Origin: Marsupella aquatica
Taxonomy: Eukaryota > Plantae > Marchantiophyta
Reading direction: 5' to 3'
Length of the DNA: 64,000 nucleotides
Assembly: GCA_973895155.1 (NCBI GenBank)
Contig: OZ316891.1
Coordinates: 27,255,561-27,319,560 of the forward strand
Under the pieces are notes generated by a model. That model was given only the letters and a program-made list of their open reading frames with translations, did not search any database and had not been told where the DNA came from. Below, piece after piece: positions 40,572-51,584 of this stretch. How positions within the stretch are numbered: position 1 is the stretch's first letter; each line of letters opens with the position of its first letter. Made by a program: the position numbers and the translations under genes.

Positions 40572-40750
40572 ATGATGAGTCTTCAGATGTGGATGTTGGT
40601 GAGGTAACTTCTGGACAACAAGATATTCACAATGATGTGAGAATGTTGGAATATCTATGCAGTGGTTCTATTGTTGGCAATGTTGATGCCAAGGAACGTG
40701 ACAGGGTTCTACAGAGAGCCAAGAGGTTTTGATGGGAAGGAAACCATCTT

Positions 40751-42064
40751 TTGAGAGTACTATGTGATGGTAAGGTGTTGGTGGTACCAAAACCATCACA
40801 ACGAGCACATTTGGTGCGACATGCGCACGAGGAGTTAGGGCACTTTGGTGTCAAGCGCAATTATAGCTTGCTGCAGACACAGTATTGGTGGCGTGGTATG
40901 CACACTGATGTTCAGCAATTGATAGCTAAGTGTGTGGTTTGTGATCGAGTGCGAGCATCATTTAATACTCCCACTCCCCAATTGCATCCGTTGCCAATCA
41001 TGGGTTTGGGATATCGATGGAGTTTGGACTTTGCTAGTCCATTGCCTCTTACCCAACGTCATAATCGGTATGTTTTGGTTATGGTGGAGCACTTCTCCAA
41101 GTGGATTGAACTAGTGGCATTGCTAGACAAAGCTAGTGGAGGAGTGGCTACCACATTTTTGGATTGAGTACTCAATCACTTTGAAGCACCAGCTGAGGTG
41201 TTGACTGATCAGGGCATAGAATTCCGTGGAGATTTTGAGAGTTTGTATGAGCAAGCTCTGATTGACCATCGTACTACTTCTCGCGATCATCTTGAGGCAG
41301 ATGGATTGGCAGAGAGAGTTGTACAAACTATGAAGAGAGGACTGCGCAAGTATGGCTTGCAGGTTGGTCATTTGGGAGACTGAGATCTCCAACTACCTTG
41401 GTTAGCTATGGGCTACCGTTTCAGTCGGCAAACATCACTTGCATCCTTGTCACCCTATTTCTTGCTCTATGGTAGAGAGCCAGATTTGCCAACGGCTATT
41501 CATCGTGATGTTGCAACTATTGTGGATTTGGATGATCCAGATATTTGGGTAAAGGTTTGTTTAGAGAGGGCACAAGTTTTTTAGAGAGTCATGCCCATGG
41601 CCTTTGACAACCTTGCTATTGCCCATCATCGTGATACTTTGTGGTATGCTACTATTCGTGGAGGAGGTTATCGCACGAGGATTAGGAGATTCCATCCTGG
41701 CGATTATGTCTATTTGCAGCAGACAGCACCAACGACGCTTGATGTGACCGCAGGGCGGACAATCTTGCGTGTGCGTGAAGTGTTGCCTTCTGGAGTCCTT
41801 ATATTGGAAGGGCGTGATGGTATGGTTTGGAAGGATCACGTGCGTAATTGTGCGCCATGTCACCTTCCAAACATTGATGGCATTGTGGATCCAAGCTTGG
41901 CACATGTTTGTGCTAGCTTGAAGTGTATGTTGTGTGGGTCTGCTCAGGAAGCAGCTACTATGTTGATTTGTGATAGGTGTTCTAGAGGATGGCACTTGTT
42001 GTGTTTGACACCACCCTTGCACATGATTCCTAGCGGATCATGGTTTTGTCCTCAATGTCGGTGA
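40751..42064 (+). pseudogene. DDE integrase with HHCC finger and C-terminal PHD finger
   Basis: HEELGHFG..CVVC; WSLDF; TDQGIEF; DGLAERVVQTMK; then CMLC..ICDRCSRGWHLLCLTPPL..GSWFCPQC (C4HC3). Confidence 0.93.
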
Positions 42065-42232
42065 TGCCGACCAGTTATCATTTGTGTTCTTGTGGAAGAT
42101 ATAGATTGCAGGTAGGTGATCGATGGGGCTCACTTGCACCCGGCCTCCTGATCTTTGCACCTAAAAAAGTGTATATTAACCTTGTAGAACTCATGGCTAG
42201 TTAGAGACCTCACTCCCAGCTAGGGGGGCGAT

Positions 42233-42837
42233 TGTGGGTTTTGGGCATGTGTGGACATTGGTTCCATTTGTACTCCATTCTCTTATGTTTGTGTTATTGG
42301 ATTGTGACTATGCTTGGATATGTGTAACAAGGGATGTATGTTGTGTAGCGATGTGTATGTGCACGACAGCTGTCATACCATTTAGAGTGGTAGTAAAGTA
42401 TATCGTACTATCTAGGGTATAGAGGTTTTGTATGTGTGCTATATGAGCACTTTGTGTTTAGTTTGAGTTGGTGTGAGGGATAGTTATCCCCTTGTGTTGG
42501 CTCAAAGGCCTCATCTTTCAATGTTGAGCCTTTGAGCATGAGCTTGGTGGCTATGGTGTGGCTGACCAGGTTGTGTGCATGTAACGTGGATTCCTTGAAG
42601 CACAAGGTGCGTTGGGCTTGACATATATGTGTGATCGAGTCGGATGGGAATGTTGTTGGATTAGCACTGATCGTTGTTTGATTTCATCCATTGAAGATTA
42701 TTGTGGGTTTGGGGCATGTGTGGACATTGGTTCCATTTGTACTCCATTCTCTTATGTTTGTGTTATTGGATTGTGACTATGCTTGGATATGTGTGACAAG
42801 CGATGTATGTTGTGTAGCGATGTGTATGCGCACAACA
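42233..42837 (+). repeat. 3' block B1-gc-A2-t-B2
   Basis: 136-bp B (tgtgggttt...gcac(g/a)aca) occurs twice, with ~5 differences, flanking A2. Confidence 0.95.
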
Positions 42838-44129
42838 TCATTGCAATGCTACGAACATTCAGGTCCCCATCACAAATCAGAAGTGTGTCTCCCACTACTT
42901 CTCTGAAATCATCGTCCATGAAAGTTGCCACAACATCTGATCTGTCACCCTATTTTTGTGTTGCGACGTCATCTCCTCCATCAGTATTTTGTCCATGGGG
43001 AGAGTGATGTTGAAACATGGAGGCATTTCCACGTCCTCAAAAAATTTATCGAAGGCAGGTCTTTCGAATGTGCAAGTAGGTGCCACCATGATGCCAAATC
43101 GTGTGCCAAATCTTTGCAGAATGTCAATTTATGTCATCCCCTTCATACTCAGAATCTTGAACACCTAGTGTTTACAAGTGTTCCCCTGGATGGAGCTATC
43201 ACAAGTGCAAACACAGTCCTCACTGTCGTAGTTCTCCAGTATGTGATTGTCTGTCTTCGATGGCGTCTAGGACTTCACCATTGTTGTTGCACTCTCAGTG
43301 AAGAAAGTCACATCACCATCTGGGATTGTCCTGGCTCTAAGAATAGCCGACCACACATAGTTCTCAATGTTCTTGTTTCTCACCCTGCCTTGCCACTTCA
43401 TACACGACAAGCACCAGAAAAATGTTCTAGCTCATTCACAAGCTGTGTCACTAGCCACACCACCTTCCGTCCTAGCTTGAAAGGCTTCTCCGTCCTCAAA
43501 TGCAACTTAAGAGTAGCATGCCACCGCTCAACTGCTCCATTGGTGTCCTGGTTGCCATGTTTGAACTTCCTGAAATTTCCACCCACCTCTCCACTCTATG
43601 GTGCCACTCTTTCTCATAGTATGCAACAAAGTCCTTCTGCGTGCAAATCCACCTTCTCATGAAGTTATGGGACATGTTCACAGCATCTGCAAAACAAATA
43701 AACAAAATAAGTGCACAATTCACAAGTGTGAAAAAACCCTGCCACCAAACATCACCATTAAACACCTTGGCAGTGCACAGCCCAGGAAAGAAATGTCAAC
43801 CCCAAGTGTACCTGTTGGAAGTGCACCATGATGTTGCCCAACTCCTTATTCACCTCGGCCCTTGAAATTGGGTCCAGAATTTTCTTCAAGATGTTTTTGT
43901 ATTGGGCACGTCAAACATGCCATAAACACAATACAATAGGGACTCCAGGCCATAGTGATCTGCCAAAGGATGCAAACCCATACACTCATGAGGTATAAAC
44001 ACTTCAAATTAGAGGGTTGGGGACAATTTGGCTATGTTAAGATTGGAGGGAGGGTAAGGGGTGCTAAAATAGGCTACCAAGGGAGGGACAACACATATTG
44101 GAACTGACTTCCGATTCCTCATAATGGGC

Positions 44130-44640
44130 TACTGCTTATTCTACTGGGAAGTTATGGAGGGGTTTGGAAAAAGTGGTTTTTCCTAGGAGGGCTCCAAAGT
44201 GGGGGGTTTGGGGACATTCTAAGCAAAAGATACAAAGGGACTAAAGGGCCAGGAAAATTGGGGTATCGTACCAAGGGATGCTCATCTTGAAAAAATAACT
44301 TCAGATTTGGAATAGGGGGGCTTCTTATTCTATTGGGTGAATTGGGGACTGATTGGAGGGGTTTGGAAAAAGTGGTTTTTCCCAGGAGGGCTCCAAAGTG
44401 GGGGGTTTTGGGACCTTCTAAGCAAAAAATACAAAGGGACTAATGGGCCGGGAAAACTGGGGTATCGTACCAAGGAATGCTCATCTTGAAAAAATAACTT
44501 CAGATTTGGAATCAGGGGGGCTGCTTATTCTATTGGGTGAATTGGGGATTGATTGGAGGGGTTTGGAAAAAGTGGTTTTTTCCATGAGGGCTCCAAAGTG
44601 GGGGGTTTTGGGACCTTCTAAGCAAAAAATACAAAGGGAG
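44130..44640. repeat. ~199-bp tandem repeat (~2.5 units) in the MULE intron; a diverged unit continues at 51590-51720
   Basis: ggaggggtttggaaaaagtggttttt..gagggctccaaagtggggg..ttctaagcaaaa.atacaaaggga at ~44157, 44355 and 44554. Confidence 0.85.
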
Positions 44641-44656
44641 AACGAAAGGTTTGGAA

Positions 44657-47600
44657 TGTTGAGCATAGACGACATTCGCAACGGCAAGCCCATGAACCAT
44701 CCAACGCACAATAGTCAAACAGAGAGATACGTGGTTCACCTCCACATGAGGCTACGTCCACGGGAACACACAAGAGCTTTACTGCACTCTAGGCCGACCG
44801 GCCATACCAAGCATCCACAGCACAAACTCTCCCTATCTCTCAACTAGCTCCGTAACAATGAGCCTAAGTTTCACCAGGGTCTGGCATCAGCCCTGGCTAT
44901 ATGCACAACAGCACTACCGCTAACATTAGTTAAGCCCTAACCCAAGTTAGCCTAACTATAGTTAGCTCATGAGTCACAAGACTAGAGCAATTTCTAACAA
45001 ACTCCTCCTTGACTCTTGTCTTGGGGACTGGACTAAATGCTACCATATGGAATCCTCAGCGGGAAATTCTAGACAATCATCAAACCAGGTCTCCCCCTAA
45101 AAACCACAAGGGTTAACTAAGGGTTAACTAGAACTAAGCCGTAGCCAAACAGGAATGAGTAATCCATATACATATAGTCACACATTGCTAAATAACTCTA
45201 CTTGCACTACAACTGCAAAACCTGCAAAGTAGCACGGTGTCTTGAGAAACTTTCCAAAGGAATCACTTTGGTAAAGGCATCAGCGAGATTGAGCTTTCCA
45301 TCAATCTTGACTAGCTCAAAAGTTTTATCAGACATTGCTTGCCTGATAAAATGGTACCTGATATCAATGTGCTTCACCCTGCTATCCATCACCTGGTTAG
45401 CAGCCAGGTGAAGAGCACTCTGACTATCATAGTTTAGAGTCATTGCGCCATGCTCTAAACCCATCTCCGTGATCAACTTATCCAACCAAATTGCTTCCTT
45501 TGCTACTTCTGCTACTGCAACATACTCTGCTTCTGTAGTAGACTGAGATATACACTTCTGCAAGGTAGATTTCCAACTGATACATCCTCCTCCAAGAGTT
45601 AAAAAAACCCAGTTGTAGACCTCCTTGTATCTAGATAGCCTCCATAGTCAGAATCTACATAGCCAACTAACATTCTATTTTATCTATTATCAATAGTAAT
45701 CCATAGTCCTGTGTTCCCTTCACATACTTGAGAATCCATTTCACAGTTTCCCAATGTATCTTCCCTGGATTTGACATGAATCAGCTAACCTTGTCCATCG
45801 CTAGGGCCAAGTCAGGCCTAGTACAAGTCATCAAATACATCAGACTGCCTACTACCTTCTCATAAGGAATCTTAGCCATCAGACCTTTCTCCACAGCATC
45901 CGTAGGAGAGAAAGCCGATGATAACTTGAAATGTGAAGCTAAAGGAATACTCACTGGCTTACAATTTTCCATGTTGGATCGTGCAAGTATTTTCCTTGGA
46001 TATTGGCCTTGACTCATGCACAACTATCCAGTATCAGAGTTCCTAAAAATCTCCATCCCTAAGATCCTCTTGGCCTTACCAAGATCCTTCATCCTGAATT
46101 CAACACTGAATTTTGCCTTGAGATTGTCAACCTTAGATTGATCTTTAGCCACAATCAGCATGTCATCCACATAGATCACTAGAATGATGAAACCAAACAC
46201 ATCATTCTTGACTGATTTTGTATACACACAAGGATCATACACCATTCTTGTAAAACCTTGAGCAAACATGAAATCATCAAACTGCTTGTTCCACTGTCTG
46301 GGAGACTGCTTCAATCCATACAAAGATTTGAGCAATCTGCAAACTAAGTTCTCTTGGCCCTTCTTCATAAAGCCTAGTGGTTGTCTCATGAAGATCATCT
46401 CTTCTAAGTTGCCATAGAGAAAAGCAGTAACAACATCCATCTGATTCATCACCAGACAAAAAACACAACAAGTTGACACAAGATCCGAATTGTGAAATAC
46501 TTAGCCACCGGTGAAAAGACCTCATTGTAATCCACTCCTTTCTCCTGAGTAAATCCCTTGGCAATAAGCCTTGCCTTGTAGATCTTATCTCCACCCTCTG
46601 AAGGATTGTCCTTAAACTTGTAAATCCACTTGCTGTCCACCACTTGCTGACCTCTTGGAAGCTCCACCAGCTCCCATGTCTTGTTGTCACTCAAAGATTG
46701 CAGCTCCCTCTACATTGCTGCATTCCACTCATGCTTCTGCTCTGAAGCACAAGCCTCATTGTATGAAGAAGGCTCTCCTTCTTCCAAGATCAAAGCCATA
46801 TCATCTTCATCAGGTGCAATGTCAATATCGTCTAGCTTAGATGAGTCTGCCCATTGACCATACCTGGTAGGAGCTCTAGTAGAGCGACTGGAAGTTCTTC
46901 TAGTAGATGATTCAAACTGATCTGCTGCTGTTGCTGGCTGAATTTGTGGTACCCTAGCAACAATCTGCTCCTCTTGTTCCATCACAAGAACCAGCTCCAA
47001 GCCTGGAGCTTCTCCATCTCTCCTGTCATGAACTACATCATGACTAATCTCCCCCTCAACCCGGTCCAGGATGGGAGATTTCCCCTTGTCAGTATGGGAG
47101 TCCTGAGAACTCTCCCCCTTCTTTGATGATCTGGACTCATTAAAGGACACATCTCTACTGACAATTAACTTACAAGTTACTGGATCCCATAACCTATAAC
47201 CCTTCACCCTTTCTGATAGCCAAGGAAAATGCACTTCTTTGACTTGGACTCCAGCTTGGATCGAAGCTGGGAAGGTGTAAGCACATAAGCATCACATCCA
47301 AAATCCTCAAATGTGAGTAATCTGCTGGACGCCCGTACCTCATTTCAAATGGCATCTTGAATCCAATAGAACTAGATGGAGAAAAATTTACCAAATAAGC
47401 TGTAGTGTTGACAACTTCAACCCAAAACTCATGTGGTAAGCATGATTGACTCAACATACTTCTCAAGCGGTCCAATAGTGTTGGTTGAGTCTCTCAAAAA
47501 CACCATTCTGCTAAGGAGTATAACTTGTTGTGAGATGATTGGTAATCCCCTGCTCCTTACAATACGTTCCAAATTCCCTGAAACTGTATTCATCACTGTT

Positions 47601-50600
47601 ATCCGATCGAAGATATCTCACCTTATTACCAGATTGATTCTCAACTTGGGCTTTCCACTCCTTAAAAGTGGCAAAAACATCAGACTTATTGTGTAGAAAG
47701 TATATCCACACATACCTTGAGTAATCGTCTATGAATGTGACATAGTATAGCCGTCCAGAATGTGAGGGAGTAGGGGCTGGACCCCACACATCACTATGTA
47801 CATACTCAAGTATCTCCTTGCTGGTGTGAGTTCCAACTCCGAAGGGTTTCCTATGCTGCTTCCCAAGCACACAATGCTCACAAAATTCCAACTTACAAGA
47901 TTGCAAATTAGAAAGTAATCATTTTTTCTGAAGAATAACCAAACCTTTTTCACTCATGTGGCCCAAACTGAAGTGCCACAGCCGGGCCGTCTCCTCATGA
48001 GATAAGGTTACATTGGTTTCATCATAGACTACACTGCCCTCCAAAACGTATAGATTGCTATGTCTCTTTCCCTTCAATACAACTTTAGTACCAATTGAAA
48101 CCTGAAGGACACCATTAGCAGAACTCCACTGATGACCATTTGCTTCTAAAACTCTAAGTGAAATGAGATTTTTCATCATCTGGGAATATGTATCACATTC
48201 CTCAATGTTCTCACAACACCATCAAACATCTAAAATCTAACAGATCCAAGTCCAACAACTTGACATGGGATTCCATTTCCCATCAACACTGAACCATTGG
48301 AATCCATGTAAGAACTGAACAATTCTCTCCTAGAGCAAATGTGAAAAGTACATGCACTATCTAGAATCCAGTCATCACTACTTGGATTTGACACTACGTT
48401 GAGAGTATAACCTTGACATCACAATATGTCATCATCATCGAGCAAATCTACCTCATGTGAGTTGGATGCCACGTTAGCAGATGCAGTAGGGTTCTTTACT
48501 CGAAAATCCCTTTTCATGTGGCCAGGCTTGCCACAATTCCAACATGCAAGAGGCTTCCTCTCTTGCAATTTCCCTCTGGATTTAGATCTTCCCCGTGATG
48601 TAGATCTAAACCTAATCTGCCCATTCGTGCATTGAACTACTCTTCCCCTATTCACATTGAGCGCAGTGCCAGAAGAAGATGCTGCCTGTGATTGACCCAG
48701 CTTCTTCTGAGCATCATCAGACAGTAATGAGCTCACCACCTCATTATACGAAATGGACTTCAGATCTCTACACAAGAGCACCTGTTTCAAGCCCTAATAA
48801 GACAGTGGTAAGGAGCTTAGCAGAAGCAAGGCCTTATCCTCATCTTCAACTTCTTTTCCCAGGTTTGACAGATCCACCGCTAGACTGTCAAATTCATCCA
48901 GGTGATCCTGCAGCTTGCTCCCTTCCTTGAGCCTAAGGCTCATCAAGAGAGACTTGAGCCTGAGGCTCATCAAGAGAGACTTCTTGTTAAGCCGGTCTGA
49001 CGCATCTTCCCGATAGTACTTCTCTCTTAGAGCCTTGAACAGTGACGCGCAATCTGCATAATCATCCAGCTGCTTGATGATGTGCAGCTTGAGATATAGC
49101 ATCACCACATTGACAGCAATCACCTGCTCCTATCTCCATTGCTTCTGTGAGATCTCCTCTTCTCCATCATATTGCTCTCGCAAAGAGAGTAGATGAGCTA
49201 AGCCCATGGCCCGAAGGACACCCTTCACTTGCTTCTCCCATAGCAAGTAATCAGTACGACCATCGTACTTCTCCACCTCAAACTTCACTCCTCCAAAACT
49301 AGCCATCTCCCTCTTCTTTCCCACTACCGACAACTCTGGTAGTAGTACAACTTCCTCCATTGCACGCCGCACCGGTGATCGTACCGGTGATACTAGTTCC
49401 TCCTCAAATGGTAGGAGCTCCTCCTCAGACTCTCCGTCTAACCGTTGCGATCCTGAAGCTCCACCAATGCCAATTCTTCCAATATCCTCCGAGTCACTCA
49501 TATGAAACAATCACAAAAAAATGTCTTTTTTTGAAATTTCTTGTAAAACTCAAAACTCAACACCGCCATGTAGCCACGAAGCTAGGAGTCCAATACTGAA
49601 AGCCGAAATCAAAATCAAAATTCAACGCAAAAGTTATTCAAATTTTGGTCGGGTGGGTAAAACCTTGGGAAACTCCCCCGTTTTGATCACCTCGGAGAAT
49701 AACTAAAATACCAAGTACAACCCATCGTCGGAATCGTGATGTGATTGGTGCGCCGCGTTGCTAACTCCAGTGGCAACATCCTCGCCGAAAAAGAACCAAA
49801 AAAATTACCATTTGGCGAACAGAATCTTCGTCGGACGGCCAAAAAACAGCTCTCTGTTTTTTGGGAATATTCCCGCACAGTCCATCAGGTCCCAAGGGGG
49901 TCGTTCCCCTTGTCAGAGCGGTTAGAACGAAGGTGACTGGTCCCGGGACAGCCAAAGCATCAAACCGGGGAAAAAACAAAAAATGGGCCCTTAAAAGGGG
50001 GGTTTAAGCCCCTTAAACATAAATACGCCTTAAAAAATGCGCATTCGCGTCACGCGACGCGAGGCGGACGAGACAGGGTACAAGGATACAGGAGGACGAA
50101 TACAAATAAAAGGGTCAGGCCCGGGCCAAATACGCGTGGGGGAGCAGGCCGGCAAGGGCGAGGGCAGGTGATTGGCCGCCAGCGGCAGGCACAGCCGCTT
50201 TGTGGCAGCAGGCAGCACGATGGCGAGGGCGTATACGGGCTCGCTTAGGGTCCGGGGCGCGGGGCCTTGCGGGCTCGCAAAGGAAGTATGGGTTGGAGGG
50301 CCAGCCGTCGCAAGGGCGTAAACGGTGGTCGCGGGGGGGGGGGCGCGGGGAGGTAGTGCCGGGTGGCAGCAATCGCACCGGCCGGCACTACGCAAGGGCC
50401 TTGTAATACGGGGTGCAAGGAGGGGAGGAAAATGAATACACGGGGGGAGGAGTTAGGGCCCGAGGTACGAGGTGTGTGTATACACCTCGTATACACACAC
50501 AGGGACCAAACCCCCTATAAAATGCAAAAAAATGCCCCTAGGATAAATGAATGAAAAAACTCACTTGAAAAGCCGTTGATTTAAGTGAGAAAAGTGAACA

Positions 50601-51584
50601 CCGTCAACGGGAAATGTTGCCGAATTGCACCGACATAGTCTGCAACTCCAGCAGAGTAAAAAACTTCCGCCGCAACGCCTTCACTCCGCGTCAAGTGCCA
50701 ATCCCGGGCTCAAAATGACCGCCTCACCGCGATCAACCCGTTGAGCCGTAGCACTTTGTGTTTCTTCCACCGAGTATGACGTCACAAAGAGAAACCCGGT
50801 TCAGATGAGAACAAGCTCCATAGCTTGTGAAAAAACCTGAACGCCTCCTTCACTCGTCACGTCGCACTTGGTAACAACTCGGTAGCAATCCAGCTACCAA
50901 AACGACCAGCTCGCATCAACCTTCAACTTGAGCTATAATGTGCGATCCCTCCCGCACCGCATAGCTCACACCGTTGAAAAATGCAAACTCTGGTCTCTTC
51001 CCCAAAAAGCTGTCGAACACGAATAAAACCTGAACGATGCAAATTTCAATTCCTCCGCACTACGGATACCGATCAGCGAGTTCTAACCACCGTTAGAACG
51101 CCCTCTCACTAACCTATCTGCTCAACCACACACATTCAAGTTTTATGCGACGAAACTCCAAATGTACCATCGACAATGAACGCTGAAAAAAACCTGTCAC
51201 GAAAAAACCTTGTCACCTCCCAGGCATGCTCTAATACCACTTGTTGAGCATAGACAACATTCGTAACGACAAGCCCATGAACCATCCAACGCACTATAGT
51301 CGAACAAAGAGATACGTGGTTCACCTCCACATGAGGCTACGTCCACAGGAACACACAAGAGCTTTACTGCACTCTAGGCCGACCAGCCATACCAAGCATC
51401 CACAACACAAGCTCTCCCTATCTCTCAACTAGCTCCATAACAATGAGCCTAAGTTCCACTAGGGTCTGGCATCAGCCCTGGCTATATGCACAACAGCACT
51501 ATCGCTAACATTAGTTAAGCCCTAACCCAAGTTAGCCTAACTGTAGTTAGCTCATGAGTCACAAGACTAGAGCAATATCTAACA
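44657..51584 (-). mobile_element. Full-length decayed Ty1/Copia LTR retrotransposon
   Basis: 343-bp LTRs 44657-44999 and 51242-51584 (~16 differences); TSD TGGAA both sides; PBS tggtattagagc (tRNA-iMet type) 51228-51239; PPT at 45000-45010; gag CWNCGKPGH, PR WILDS, LWH..LGH, INT VHSDVWGP, RT YVDDML, RH STTEAEY/KHIDIRYHF in Copia order. Confidence 0.97.

Larger units (their letters stand above)
32953..42837 (+). mobile_element. Ty3/Gypsy-type retroelement with split direct repeats; gag-PR-DNMT-RT-RH-INT-PHD; TSD TCAT
   Basis: TG...CA ends; TCAT at 32949-32952 and 42838-42841; A1 32953-33282, B1 42233-42368, A2 42371-42700, B2 42702-42837; purine tract aggggggc before B1. Confidence 0.92.

Noticed and set aside
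32953-42837. DIRS/Ngaro tyrosine-recombinase element
   Set aside because: No YR motifs seen; a DDE integrase, Gypsy-type RT/RH and a TSD are present
50030-50500. GC-rich overlapping ORFs as a gene
   Set aside because: They lie in the Copia 5' leader; open frames are expected from high GC and show no domain
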